A stretch of 64,000 bases of DNA from a virus (Duplodnaviria > Caudoviricetes), in IMG/VR virus record IMGVR_UViG_3300021431_000075, positions 64,001 through 128,000 of that record, one strand, 5' to 3'. This document shows, in pieces, positions 1-11,075 of this stretch. The notes beneath the pieces are model-generated. The model was not told the DNA's origin, did no database searches, and was given only the letters and a program-made list of their open reading frames with translations. Position 1 is the first letter of the stretch. Each line of letters begins with the position of its first letter. The translations under genes and the position numbers were made by a program.

Positions 1-680
1 TCATTTGTCAATATGTCTCCATTATTGTTTACCAGTCTCCAGCGAAATTGATCCCTAATTTTATACAACCCGTTCTCGGCATCAACGCAAAAGAATCTGC
101 CATACCTAATCGCGCTTGCAATATAACTCCGATATGCGGCATCATCATCTACAGATGGAAGAAAACTCTTATAGAAATTGACAATATTCGTCTTTTCTGC
201 AAATACATCATGTTTTGACGGATACTCAAAATACGCTTTCTCTCTCGTATTCGGAGAACCGCTAAACGTAATCACTATTCTACTGTTAGAATCTGTATCT
301 CTATTTGCATTATCACACCCGGAGTTCACTTCTATAACATCGCACATCGCGAACAGAAACGCATTGAAGTACCTCAACACTCCGAAAGATGCTGAAAACT
401 TAATATTCATAGTAAGCAACTTATCCGGACAATCAACAACAACCTCATCAAACGAGTCTATAACCCGTCTAACATCCTTCTGATATTCAAGAAATGCAGT
501 CATCTTACGTTTCATGTTATTAATAACATACATTCTTGGACCAATCTTATTAGAATTGATTCTACTTTTCACTTCCAAGTCATACTCCTGTCCTTGAGAG
601 TCATCAACAATATCTTCTACTTCATCAGCATCAACATCGCCAAGAAGATTCTCGTTCAAAATATATGGTCTCCAATTCAT
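1..680 (-). CDS. WG-repeat family paralog, N-terminal part (runs off window start)
   Basis: Not in the ORF track. Translated by hand from ATG at 680: MNWRPYILNENLLGDVDADEVEDIVDD..., open to position 3. Carries the family leader. Confidence 0.85.
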   Translation of the reverse strand, partial: MNWRPYILNENLLGDVDADEVEDIVDDSQGQEYDLEVKSRINSNKIGPRMYVINNMKRKMTAFLEYQKDVRRVIDSFDEVVVDCPDKLLTMNIKFSASFGVLRYFNAFLFAMCDVIEVNSGCDNANRDTDSNSRIVITFSGSPNTREKAYFEYPSKHDVFAEKTNIVNFYKSFLPSVDDDAAYRSYIASAIRYGRFFCVDAENGLYKIRDQFRWRLVNNNGDILTN

Positions 681-704
681 AAATCAATGCAAATAATCGA
701 ATTT

Positions 705-2465
705 TTAAATGAATGTCACAACTCTGCAATCCCTATCAACAAATCTATCATAACCGATTCTGAATAAACCGTCTTTATATATGGCAAGTCTCTCTCCAAT
801 CCAATCATTAAACAAAAATGTGCCATCTGCAAGAATGCAATTATAAGAGTCATCTTTCTTAACAATCGCGACACAATCCTCATAACATTCAACTGCTTGC
901 ACGCTGCTTATAAAAGAGATGTCATCAAAAGTTATTTCTGAAAGCTTCTTACCTTCCGAATCAATTATTATATACATGCCAAGGTTTTCACTATTGCTAA
1001 TGATGGCATATCCACGGTCGTTGAAATTCTGCGCATATGAACACCAATCTTTCAGCAACGGCTTGCCGTCCTTCTTGATGAAATTTACATTTCCTTCATA
1101 GTCAATGACCATCCCGAAACCGTTTGTAAACTTGCTGCATATCTCATAATCACCACTAACTTTCTCTCCTTTATCATTTATATAGTGCTGTGAAAAATGT
1201 CTTTTTACGATAGCCATTCCTTCTGAAAAATCATCATAGATATTATTTAACCTGTCCTTGCCGTTCTTCCATATCTTCTTGCCGTCATATCTAATGTAAT
1301 TCACATATCGTCTACCGTCCTTGCCGCTATATTCTATTTTTGCAAACCCGTCAGAAAAATTCCCACAGTCGCCATTTAAACTCTTATCAAATAAAAGATT
1401 TCCTTTTGTATCCAAATAGTTGTATTTCCTGCTTATAGTTCCATCGCTTTCAATATCATCTATTGCTACTCTTGAATAACCATCATAAAATCGTTCACAA
1501 CTAAAGAAACGCTTGCTTGTCAATTCTTTTCCATTATAATCAAGAACCGTCCATCCGTCTTCATCTTTTACAGAAGCAAACCCATTAATATAACTTTCAC
1601 AAGACAACCACCCACTTGAAATCAAATTTCCGCTTGTATCTATATGACCGTATAAATCATCATTCAATTTGACAACAGCACGCCCATTACAAAAGACATT
1701 TGCAGATTTGTACCATTCAGAAGATATATATTCACCATTCTTGTTCACATAATTAAAGGTTTCATCTCTTATAACAAGACACCATCCACAGCTAAAAAAT
1801 GTACAATTATCAACCCAATCATCAAGAACTATGATTCCGTCTCTTGTAACAAGATTCATCTTATTGCCAAATTTGACACGATACAAGTCTTCTCCGCAAC
1901 TATTCATCAAACCGATAACGATAAAACTCTTGACTATGCTTCTAAACACATAATACGGAGAGTTAGAACCACAAAACCCATTATAATGTTCATAATAATT
2001 CTTGTCAATCGTCAACAGTTCATTATTCTTCAAAAGATTGATATTCAACCAATCATCGATTAGAAACATATCGAAGTAATCAAAAAGAGATGCTATGATT
2101 TTAACAATCATCTGATTCAGCACATCAACTGTACAGTTTGCCTTGCTTCCGAACCTGATACAAAGACCGCTCTCATTGTCATTTTTGACATATTCCAGCT
2201 TCTTGTAGCACAATATCTTTCTTCTCTTGACATTTTCAACAAGAACATTCTCAACCAAATCATACAAACCATGATTACTATAGTAATACTCGGGTTCGCA
2301 TTTATAATTGTTTCCGTTTCTTGCATATATTGTAAACTCAAAATCACATTCAGCTTTCATATCGCTGAAATCATCATCAACTTCTTCAAGTTCAACACTA
2401 TCAAGAATATTTTCATACACAGCATCAAAAAATCCGTATCTATTCATCAAAGAAAACGAAAGCAT
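705..2465 (-). CDS. WG-repeat (WG_beta_rep/KWG-like) protein with conserved acidic leader
   Basis: 586 aa; leader VYENILDSVELEEVDD; repeats like FCNGRAVV...HIDTSGNLI and FSDGFAKI; C-terminus FVDRDCRVVTFI. Confidence 0.85.
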   Translation of the reverse strand: MLSFSLMNRYGFFDAVYENILDSVELEEVDDDFSDMKAECDFEFTIYARNGNNYKCEPEYYYSNHGLYDLVENVLVENVKRRKILCYKKLEYVKNDNESGLCIRFGSKANCTVDVLNQMIVKIIASLFDYFDMFLIDDWLNINLLKNNELLTIDKNYYEHYNGFCGSNSPYYVFRSIVKSFIVIGLMNSCGEDLYRVKFGNKMNLVTRDGIIVLDDWVDNCTFFSCGWCLVIRDETFNYVNKNGEYISSEWYKSANVFCNGRAVVKLNDDLYGHIDTSGNLISSGWLSCESYINGFASVKDEDGWTVLDYNGKELTSKRFFSCERFYDGYSRVAIDDIESDGTISRKYNYLDTKGNLLFDKSLNGDCGNFSDGFAKIEYSGKDGRRYVNYIRYDGKKIWKNGKDRLNNIYDDFSEGMAIVKRHFSQHYINDKGEKVSGDYEICSKFTNGFGMVIDYEGNVNFIKKDGKPLLKDWCSYAQNFNDRGYAIISNSENLGMYIIIDSEGKKLSEITFDDISFISSVQAVECYEDCVAIVKKDDSYNCILADGTFLFNDWIGERLAIYKDGLFRIGYDRFVDRDCRVVTFI

Positions 2466-2534
2466 GTAATTTGTTTATTTATTTCCAGAAACAAAAATCA
2501 TGCCTTCGTCACAAGTCTAAAAACCAAACAAAAA

Positions 2535-4688
2535 TCAAACACAGGTAATCAGATTTCCGTCATAATCGCAACTAATGTTGCTATCTATATAAATCATACC
2601 ATCGTCACAAATAGTCGGAATATCATCAAACCACTCATTAGGAGAGAACAACAATCCGTTCGTATTCAATATGTTGTACCTGCGTTCTTTAACTCCGTTG
2701 ATTGACTCAAAATGGGCATAAACAACAACCGGCATTGAAGTCATCGACTGCAAAAACATAAACCATTTGTCATAAACAGGCTTTCCGTTGCGCCCCAATA
2801 TGTTACAAACCGGCTTTAGACTTGTATCTTGTGAAATCAGAATACAGTGTTCCTTCATTTCGAATTCAAACGGAACCCATTCATCAAACATCAACTTGCC
2901 ATCAGGACAAATACAGTTATTCTTGTTTTCAGTATCAGTAACAACTATGACCTTATAACCATTATCAAACGTATGCATATATGCATTTTTGAGCGGAATG
3001 TCAACTACCGGCTCTCCGTTTGGATAAATGACTTTATATGTTCTTACCACCCCGTCGTTTATATTGCTAACCCGGAACATTGTCTTGGAAAAACTCACAA
3101 CAGTGTCAAAATCATAATTATTTTCAAGAACTTGATTACCATTATCATCAACAAACGTGTTTGTTTTAGGTTCAATCATAACTTTCCATATACCCTCATC
3201 TTCTTGATAATCAAGAATATTCAAAAACTTCCATTCCTTGAACTTATACTCTCCTGTCCTGACATTCAAAGCATTCTTATATCCACCACGCTCAACAATA
3301 ACATACTCGAAATCATTGCTCTTGTGATTCAATGTCTTGACATAGTCAAAAACTTCATCAACTACATAAGAACCGTCAAAGCGAACCAAAGATGTTTTAT
3401 TGTCTTTCTCGAGTTTGTATATAAAGTACGGAGCATCATAACATTCTATTGATTTATACCAGTCATTAGAAAACAATTTACCTTTCTTGTCAATTAGATT
3501 ATATACAGTATCATTAAGTTTTTTAACGATTGCAAAATCTCCACAAAAATCTTGACAATAGCCAAACCACAAGTCTGGAGACAGAATCTTCCCGTCAGTA
3601 GATATGAAATTATACAACTGCGAATAATAATTTGCACCGTCCGATTTTCCAACAATCGCAAAGCCGTTCTTGAATGGCTTTATTGACTTGAACCCGTTAT
3701 TGTTGACCTTCCCGTTCCTGTCCATGAACGTATAATAGTCTTTTCTCTTAACTATAAACAAATCTTCATTCGAACCAGCAACGACATATTGGAACCATTC
3801 TTTCTTCGAAACAAGATTCCCTTCAGTATCCATAAAATTATATAGTCCGCGGTCATTATATACAATAGCATATCCATTCTTATCAAAACATCTGCATGAA
3901 TCAAACCAAACATCTGAAATCAGTTTTCCACTACAGTCAATAAAATTTTCTCCTTTATCTTTAAGTACAACTGTTGCAAAACCATTAGTAAAAAAATAAA
4001 TATAGTCATACCATTCAGAAATTCTCATTCCGGTCTCGTCGAATAACGCTTCTTTCTTTCCGACAGTCAACACGAAGATCATATGCTCTGTTTCAATGCA
4101 TTGAAGAAGTCCGAACCTGATTGCATACCTTACAAACAAGTAAGCAATCTTCTCATTATCAAGAGCCGGAAATAATTTCTTGAAAAACAATATCGACGAC
4201 AGCATAATCTGCTTTCCTACTTTATTGTTCGCAGAATCAAAATTTCTTGGCTTTGTAACATAACTTATAGTATATTTCTGTTCTCCGAAACGAATCTCCA
4301 CCGATTCGACATAACATGAAATATTTTTTATCAACGACATCGCTAACACGATAACAAAATCCGGAGAAAGGGGTTCAACTGTTTTAAATTGATACTGATA
4401 CACTTGCATTACCAGTGTTCCTTTCCCTTGAGTCCACCAAAACGAAGTTATCTTCTTCTTGGTTTGCAGATTATAAAAGACATTATAAGATGTGCGCTCA
4501 CACAACTTATGGAAATCCTGATCCGAACCGTTATATCTTTTTCCGAAATATGTGATTTTTACACCATACTCCTTTCCGGGTGAATCTTCATATGAATGCA
4601 CTGATGATTCATCATTATCTTCAACTTCATCTTGCTCTACATCGGAAAGAAGGTCCTCGTTCAACACATATATGTCATTTTTTATCAT
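2535..4688 (-). CDS. WG-repeat protein with conserved acidic leader
   Basis: 717 aa; leader YVLNEDLLSDVEQDEVED; repeats FTNGFATV...NFIDCSGKLI; C-terminus DYDGNLITCV. Confidence 0.85.
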   Translation of the reverse strand: MIKNDIYVLNEDLLSDVEQDEVEDNDESSVHSYEDSPGKEYGVKITYFGKRYNGSDQDFHKLCERTSYNVFYNLQTKKKITSFWWTQGKGTLVMQVYQYQFKTVEPLSPDFVIVLAMSLIKNISCYVESVEIRFGEQKYTISYVTKPRNFDSANNKVGKQIMLSSILFFKKLFPALDNEKIAYLFVRYAIRFGLLQCIETEHMIFVLTVGKKEALFDETGMRISEWYDYIYFFTNGFATVVLKDKGENFIDCSGKLISDVWFDSCRCFDKNGYAIVYNDRGLYNFMDTEGNLVSKKEWFQYVVAGSNEDLFIVKRKDYYTFMDRNGKVNNNGFKSIKPFKNGFAIVGKSDGANYYSQLYNFISTDGKILSPDLWFGYCQDFCGDFAIVKKLNDTVYNLIDKKGKLFSNDWYKSIECYDAPYFIYKLEKDNKTSLVRFDGSYVVDEVFDYVKTLNHKSNDFEYVIVERGGYKNALNVRTGEYKFKEWKFLNILDYQEDEGIWKVMIEPKTNTFVDDNGNQVLENNYDFDTVVSFSKTMFRVSNINDGVVRTYKVIYPNGEPVVDIPLKNAYMHTFDNGYKVIVVTDTENKNNCICPDGKLMFDEWVPFEFEMKEHCILISQDTSLKPVCNILGRNGKPVYDKWFMFLQSMTSMPVVVYAHFESINGVKERRYNILNTNGLLFSPNEWFDDIPTICDDGMIYIDSNISCDYDGNLITCV

Positions 4689-4705
4689 AAACTCAAAAAC
4701 AAATT

Positions 4706-6631
4706 TTAAATATATGAGACAAGTTGCATCTTATTATCAACAAAAGTTTTCAAGCCAATCCTCAGCAAACCATTCTCATGTATATCTATCAACTCGTCAC
4801 TCCACTCATCAAGCAACAAGTTTCCTTCTTTATCTATCAAATTAAACTTCTTGTCTGTATTAAGTATAACGATGTAGCCATTTCTCTCATTATCTTCATT
4901 ATCGACAATATGAATATACATAATCCAGTCTCCTTCATCAAGACTATCATCAAGAAGGTATCTATGCTCCTTCACTGAATAATAATTTATCTTGTCATCT
5001 CTATTCTCATCTTCTATATGAACTACAACTACATAACCGAATACATATTCAATATCTATCAGATTGTCAAGAAGAACATTTCCTGACGTATCTATAATTT
5101 TCTTTAAACCGGCATCCTTGACAACAGCAAAACCGTATTCATTAAAATTTTTCACTATTGATTCAAACCACTTATTCTTTGAAACAAGTGAACGTTTCTT
5201 ACAATCAATAAAATTCCAACGTCCATCAATATTCTGTACAGCAGAAAAACCGTTTGATGGATGTTTGATTTCCAAGAACATATCTTTCATTATATGCTTT
5301 CCTTTTGTATCAATAATCGACATAAATCCAGTGTCTTTCAGTTTGACAACAGCAACTCCATCTATAAAATTGCTACAATCTGAAAACTCTTCATCTGTTA
5401 TATAGTTGCCTTTCTTATCAACAAAAGAAAAAACATCTTTAGACTTCTTAACCATGGCACAACCACATTGAAACCCAAAACATCTATAAAACATCTTGTT
5501 CATAATGATATTTCCAGTCTTGTCTATATATGTACTACATGCAGAACTGCTATTGTTTGATATTCTAACTGGAGCGTATCCTTCTGAAAAAACTCCAACA
5601 TCGTAATAATGAAATGTATCTATTGCAATGTTTCCATCCTTATCCAAGAAATCCCTTCCAAACTCCCCGTCGCTATTCTTATACTGAACTCTGATTAAGC
5701 CATCACTCAATTCTTCCGAAAACAGTAAAACATTAGAAAGAACCGTTTTCTTCTTTTTGATATCCATCAAAGTCCAGTACTCACGAGGCATTTCATATGC
5801 AACTATATCTGTTCCTTCAATAAAATCAAGATTCGTGATTTCTTGTTCTTTAAACATAAACTTTCCAGCTTCCAAGTCATATATATTGCATATGTTTTCA
5901 TCTCCCGACACACATCCATAAACTCCGATAAATCTTTTATTATAAACAAAGTCAATAAACCCCTTATCTCTCCAACATGGTATGCGTTTGGTTTCGTCGC
6001 AAACTACATTTCCTTTATCATCAACAATCAAGAAATAATCTTCATTATTGCAAATGAACGCATAATAACCGTCGGTGCCGTTCAAAAGTCTGTTTTGCAA
6101 TGCAAAAACCGTACAAATTCTAATTATTTCTTTCTCCGAATAATCCGGCTTAAACAAATCTACAAGATTTTTTATATAGAATTTAACATCCGGTTTTTCA
6201 TTATTGTCATTCAGAATGCCACATTGAAACAAACGTTGTTCATCTACATTTTCATATGATTCGTCAATATAACAAATCTTATAATCCAAATCATATTTGC
6301 TGCTAACGCAAATGATATTAATAAGGTACATCATGCATTGAACGAACAAATATGGAGAAAGAGAACCAATATAATTAAAAACAACATCTATAAAATCTCC
6401 GTCATCTCCATAATAATCGATTTCATAATCTATATGAACGCCATTTCCATAATCCGTATTCTTCATTTGTTCCAGCACGTCATCAATGACAGTATTCGGA
6501 GGTTCATTAAACATAATCCTCACAACAAGCCTATCATAATTATTCTCATCGTTATCAACAACATCATCCGTTTCAACTTTACCAAGAAGGTCCTCGTTCA
6601 ACATATATCTTTCTACGCTGCTCATAAACAT
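4706..6631 (-). CDS. WG-repeat protein with conserved acidic leader
   Basis: 641 aa; leader YMLNEDLLGKVETDDVVD; FSEGYAPV...YIDKTGNII repeats. Confidence 0.85.
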   Translation of the reverse strand: MFMSSVERYMLNEDLLGKVETDDVVDNDENNYDRLVVRIMFNEPPNTVIDDVLEQMKNTDYGNGVHIDYEIDYYGDDGDFIDVVFNYIGSLSPYLFVQCMMYLINIICVSSKYDLDYKICYIDESYENVDEQRLFQCGILNDNNEKPDVKFYIKNLVDLFKPDYSEKEIIRICTVFALQNRLLNGTDGYYAFICNNEDYFLIVDDKGNVVCDETKRIPCWRDKGFIDFVYNKRFIGVYGCVSGDENICNIYDLEAGKFMFKEQEITNLDFIEGTDIVAYEMPREYWTLMDIKKKKTVLSNVLLFSEELSDGLIRVQYKNSDGEFGRDFLDKDGNIAIDTFHYYDVGVFSEGYAPVRISNNSSSACSTYIDKTGNIIMNKMFYRCFGFQCGCAMVKKSKDVFSFVDKKGNYITDEEFSDCSNFIDGVAVVKLKDTGFMSIIDTKGKHIMKDMFLEIKHPSNGFSAVQNIDGRWNFIDCKKRSLVSKNKWFESIVKNFNEYGFAVVKDAGLKKIIDTSGNVLLDNLIDIEYVFGYVVVVHIEDENRDDKINYYSVKEHRYLLDDSLDEGDWIMYIHIVDNEDNERNGYIVILNTDKKFNLIDKEGNLLLDEWSDELIDIHENGLLRIGLKTFVDNKMQLVSYI

Positions 6632-6643
6632 TTAAAATCTTTT

Positions 6644-8680
6644 TTAGACAAAACTCACATAGTTGTGTTCATAATCAATAACGGCAAAATTACCGATCTT
6701 CATCAATCCGGGTCCATACTTCTCAATAGGCTCGTCAATCCATTCGTCAAACATCTTATTGCCATCGCAATCAAAGACATTGGACTTCATCATATCATTC
6801 ACGACAATAACCAACTTATTCGGCTCCAGAACTCTGTAATATTGATATTTGAATGTCATCGGCTTGAACAATGCCTTTCCATATACCGTGTATATGTTCT
6901 GATACCCTGACTTTGCATACTTGACATCAAAGAAACCTTCATGTGGATTCCCAATCGAATCAAACCGCAAATCTGAACACAACCATTTCCCGTTATCCAT
7001 TATGATGCCATATTCATCATTTAATTTTACATAAGCAAGCTTATATTCGCTATTATAATTATCGTATTCCCATAGCGTATAATCCTTTATTACTGTCCCG
7101 TCTTTCCTTACCAGTTTTGATAATACCTTCCCGTCGTCCAGCCTCTTCTTTATGCAAAAAACATCTTCACTCAATGCAACAGGATGAGCAACATTAGACC
7201 ATTCTTCAAACAACAGTTTGCCTTCACTTGTCACATAATTATAAAAAGTCTTATTTTCTCTGTACCAACGGCTCACTTTGCACATATGCATATCATATGT
7301 ATATTCATATTCAGACGGCAGCGAGCAATTATAGAATCCTTCGTCAAACAACTTTTTGCCGCTTGATATTTCTATGAAGTTATAACATTCATCTAAATTA
7401 TCAAAACATGCATAACATCCGCATTGCGGATAACCTGTTGCACGCCAATGCCAATATTCAGAAACCAGCGTTCCGTCAGTTTTCAAAAAATTCTCTTTCG
7501 TATCAGATTTCTCAACCTTGGCAAACCCGTCAATAAACTTGTAGCATTTCTTCAACTTGTATTCTTTGCCGAGTTCCTTACCATCCCTGTCTATGTAGTA
7601 AAAGAATCTATTATCCTTGACTTTGGCATATTCACAGTTCTGATCGTCAGCAAGCTCAAAGAAATTATTTTTAAACAAAAGTGTTCCATTGGCATCAATA
7701 AGATTGTTGCAGTTATCGCTATCATCTATTCTAACAATCGCATAACCGTCTTTATTAAACTTATTAACTGATAGAAAACCTTCATCTGTAATATATTTTC
7801 CTCTTTCATCAATGATATATCTCTTTGAATCGTTCTTTTTTAGAACAATTCCAAAACCGTTTTCAAATGATGATATGTCTTTAAGATCCTCTTCAAAAAC
7901 ATCATTTCCATCAAGGTCGATAAGATTGCATTCCTCGTTAATCTTCTTAATAAGCGCCATATATCCAAACCTGTTGTACTTGCAACTCATAGAACTACGT
8001 TCAGTAGGATGCACAAACTTATCAAAGACAAAATTGGAATCTTTATCAAAAACGCACATTATCTGTTCAGTAATCAAATAAATGTAATAACGACTCTTGG
8101 CTTCATCCATCGGCACGATAATGCCATAACGGATGAACAACTTGACAATATCTCTCAAAACATCAGAAAACTCACCTTCAATACCAAAAATCTTTTTATA
8201 AGTTTCAAAACCATACATATAGACCGTTCTTTCCAACTCATAATGTACTGCAGAATTGAGCAATGAAAAAAAGAGTTTTGATTCCACATCACCTTCAATA
8301 CACACTCTCAAAACAGCATCTCCTTTAACCAGCGTGTTCTTATGGCATTTGACCATAACCGACAATGCGTTTGTAACTATCTTATCAAACACATCCTGTT
8401 TCGTTTCTGAAAAGTGAACTTCGATACGAAAACGAAATGTCATTTCACTATGATAAGAAAACGAATATTCATCAATGTCATGAGAATCAACAAGCGCGTC
8501 CATATAACTTCTGAACATAGAAGTCATATACTCATATGTACGGTGATCATTCCATCTTGAGTCGAAACTCAACTCAAACTGAACATTATTTACAGATTCT
8601 CCTGCTTCGTCTCTCACCTCGTCCGGTTTGACTTCATCAAGCAGAGACTCGTTTAACGCGTATAATCTTTTGACATTCAT
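6644..8680 (-). CDS. WG-repeat protein with conserved acidic leader
   Basis: 678 aa; leader YALNESLLDEVKPDEVRD; FENGFGIV and FIDGFAKV repeats. Confidence 0.85.
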   Translation of the reverse strand: MNVKRLYALNESLLDEVKPDEVRDEAGESVNNVQFELSFDSRWNDHRTYEYMTSMFRSYMDALVDSHDIDEYSFSYHSEMTFRFRIEVHFSETKQDVFDKIVTNALSVMVKCHKNTLVKGDAVLRVCIEGDVESKLFFSLLNSAVHYELERTVYMYGFETYKKIFGIEGEFSDVLRDIVKLFIRYGIIVPMDEAKSRYYIYLITEQIMCVFDKDSNFVFDKFVHPTERSSMSCKYNRFGYMALIKKINEECNLIDLDGNDVFEEDLKDISSFENGFGIVLKKNDSKRYIIDERGKYITDEGFLSVNKFNKDGYAIVRIDDSDNCNNLIDANGTLLFKNNFFELADDQNCEYAKVKDNRFFYYIDRDGKELGKEYKLKKCYKFIDGFAKVEKSDTKENFLKTDGTLVSEYWHWRATGYPQCGCYACFDNLDECYNFIEISSGKKLFDEGFYNCSLPSEYEYTYDMHMCKVSRWYRENKTFYNYVTSEGKLLFEEWSNVAHPVALSEDVFCIKKRLDDGKVLSKLVRKDGTVIKDYTLWEYDNYNSEYKLAYVKLNDEYGIIMDNGKWLCSDLRFDSIGNPHEGFFDVKYAKSGYQNIYTVYGKALFKPMTFKYQYYRVLEPNKLVIVVNDMMKSNVFDCDGNKMFDEWIDEPIEKYGPGLMKIGNFAVIDYEHNYVSFV

Positions 8681-8704
8681 TTCCTATTTCACAAAAAAAT
8701 CATT

Positions 8705-10825
8705 TTAAACAAATGAAACTATCTCTCCATATTCATCAACATTCGAATACGAGCCAACCCTGTATGTTCCGTCTCCGTTGTCGCTAATCGGCAATCTGGT
8801 CCATTCCTTCAGAACAAGCGAACCAGTCTTGCTGCTCACTATGTTGCATTCGTTCTTGTCATTCATAATGACAAAGTTCTTGGAAATCGTATCATCGACA
8901 CGAAACTTGCCTTCCAACCAAGGATCGAACAAAACTTCTCCACGGCTATTGATGATATTGAAAAGCAATTTCTCTGCATGCCTACCATTCCCGGTTTTCT
9001 TGCGAACATAAAACAGGTTCTCTGCAAAATCCACAATCTCGTCAACCCACTCGCCAAACACAAGAGTCCCGTCCTCTCTCAACACATTCCATTTCTTGTC
9101 TGTATTCTCCACTTCCGCATATCCGTCTGAAAAGAAAGTATCTCTTGTTATATATATGTTGCTATCCTTATCAACAAGCAACTTTCCGGTCTTGTCAATC
9201 ATATTGCACTTGCCGTCAATCACCACAAATGCAAAGCCATTATAAAAACGAACTGCCTCATCAAACCATATATCTGAAACAAACTTTCCGCTTCTGTCTA
9301 TGAAATTATATCCCTTGTCTTCTAAAAACACTTTTGAGAAACCCTCGTAGAAATCATAAATACAATTGAACCACGTATCGCTCAATAAACGTCCAGACTT
9401 ATCTATAACATTGAATACATTTCCAGACCAAGCAGAATAAGAACAAACGACTGCATTTCCATTAGAATCAAACGACTTACAATCACGATATTCTCTATGT
9501 TTAGAAAACAGGAAGTTTCCACTCGCGTCCACATAGTTCCACAAGCTTCCGTTATCAAAAGACACGACAGCATAACCGTTAGAGAAACCTTTCTCACATG
9601 AACAAAACTCATCAAGAATAAATTTCTTGGTCTTTAAATCCATAAAATTACAATGCAATATGTCCTTCTTCACAAGAACCAGACCATTTTCTTGCATTTC
9701 ATACTTGTCGCGTCCCGGATTGTTAAAAACCATATTGCCATTCCTATCAACAAGATTGCATCCGTTAATTCCTACAACAACTCCATAGCCGTTAGAGAAA
9801 CGCTCACAAGAACTAAACCACTTATTCTTAACAAGCATTTCTCCGTTATGCTTGATATAGTTCATTCTATCATCTAACGACGTAACAACGATAAACTCGT
9901 CTTCAAGCGGTCCGACTTTCGTGAACCGACATTTTGAAATCGGTTTCCCACTCTTGTCAATCAATGCATAATTTTTCGGATTTTCATCCTGATACTTGAC
10001 TTTTGCAAGACCGTTCACAAAATTCTCTCCGCTATATAAATCACAATCAGGTATTCGATAACCGAATTTATCCACATAATACACGCCTTGCTCATGATTG
10101 ACCATAAGCAAACCGCAATGATACATCATATTCTTATTTCTATTATGTTCACAACCCCTTAACTTGAACCGAACATCGCCGTCTTTCCCAACGATGCATA
10201 TATCATTATCCTCCAGAAATAGCACATATAGTCCATCTTCCTCATCGACACAATTTGCAAAACCACTTTTATGTGAATTTACAAAGAGACTGCGGATTAC
10301 GTCAGAAGCCTTTCTGTGAAAAACTTTCGCTATCTTGTCAATATTCTTGTATATAACCTGTCCATTATTGATTGTATGCTGCTTATCTATAACTATTTTG
10401 TCGGTATATTCAAGGTCAGTATAAGAGACGAGTATTTCAAAAGGTCCGTACTTGGCAAAACAATGACATATATATATGACAAAGCGACAAAAAATATCAA
10501 GGCTATTCTCATCAAGGTTCATTCGAAACAGAGCATTCAACCGATACTTTGAACTTGTTAATGAGATATCATAACCGTCTTGGACAATGCCCATTTCCAC
10601 AAGTCCAGCAAGATATGAATCAACAAAGGTCAAAACAGAATCAGGCAGACTGCCTTCTGTTGATCTAACAATGATTCCAAAACCGGCATCATGTTCATAT
10701 TCATCATTATCTGAAACTTCGTCAGCATCGATTTTTGCAAGAACATTCTCTTGCAAATAACGAAATCTATCAATTCTTCTGTCAAAATGCATCACATCAA
10801 AAGCAACAGAAACATCATGTTCCAA
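8705..10825 (-). CDS. WG-repeat protein with conserved acidic leader (true start may be ATG at 10792)
   Basis: 706 aa ORF; leader RYLQENVLAKIDADEVSD; many F(S/Y)NG(Y/F)AVV...N(Y/F)ID.SGK repeats. Confidence 0.85.
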   Translation of the reverse strand: MEHDVSVAFDVMHFDRRIDRFRYLQENVLAKIDADEVSDNDEYEHDAGFGIIVRSTEGSLPDSVLTFVDSYLAGLVEMGIVQDGYDISLTSSKYRLNALFRMNLDENSLDIFCRFVIYICHCFAKYGPFEILVSYTDLEYTDKIVIDKQHTINNGQVIYKNIDKIAKVFHRKASDVIRSLFVNSHKSGFANCVDEEDGLYVLFLEDNDICIVGKDGDVRFKLRGCEHNRNKNMMYHCGLLMVNHEQGVYYVDKFGYRIPDCDLYSGENFVNGLAKVKYQDENPKNYALIDKSGKPISKCRFTKVGPLEDEFIVVTSLDDRMNYIKHNGEMLVKNKWFSSCERFSNGYGVVVGINGCNLVDRNGNMVFNNPGRDKYEMQENGLVLVKKDILHCNFMDLKTKKFILDEFCSCEKGFSNGYAVVSFDNGSLWNYVDASGNFLFSKHREYRDCKSFDSNGNAVVCSYSAWSGNVFNVIDKSGRLLSDTWFNCIYDFYEGFSKVFLEDKGYNFIDRSGKFVSDIWFDEAVRFYNGFAFVVIDGKCNMIDKTGKLLVDKDSNIYITRDTFFSDGYAEVENTDKKWNVLREDGTLVFGEWVDEIVDFAENLFYVRKKTGNGRHAEKLLFNIINSRGEVLFDPWLEGKFRVDDTISKNFVIMNDKNECNIVSSKTGSLVLKEWTRLPISDNGDGTYRVGSYSNVDEYGEIVSFV

Positions 10826-10835
10826 TTTAATATAT

Positions 10836-10849
10836 TATAAGATATTTTA
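10836..10849 (-). promoter_or_regulatory. Variant copy of putative phage late-promoter motif (TAAAATATCTTATA)
   Basis: Shares the 12-nt core AAATATCTTATA with the exact ATAAATATCTTATA motif at 19605, 31775, 46829 and 56349. Lies just upstream of a WG gene. Confidence 0.5.
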
Positions 10850-10859
10850 GTACATACAT

Positions 10860-11070
10860 TATCCATGCAGACAAATGCAATGCACAGAATACTCTATCTG
10901 TAAAGTCCAGAAAATGAATTCCCAGCGAAACTTTCTGACCTAATAGAAAATCAGAGGTTTCAGGTCGGCAGACTTTCCGGGTCCCCTTGCAAGTATAGCC
11001 GCACAGCTGCATTCCAACGCGTCCCGCGAAGCCACTCGCATTCATATCCGGCAGTATCTAACCTTCCTTT
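10860..11070 (-). ncRNA. Putative structured RNA (omegaRNA-like) downstream of atypical tnpB
   Basis: GC-richer intergenic segment. Minus-strand pairings: CCGGA.ATGAAT with ATTCAT..TCTGG, GCGA/TCGC hairpin, GAAAC-TCTGAT/GTCAGA-GTTTC hairpin, ACAGA/TCTGT hairpin. Position matches TnpB omegaRNA loci. Ends approximate. Confidence 0.5.
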
Positions 11071-11075
11071 TATAT

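Noticed and set aside
10827-11045. 72-aa minus-strand ORF
   Set aside because: It coincides with the structured RNA-like region and promoter box and is not protein-like.
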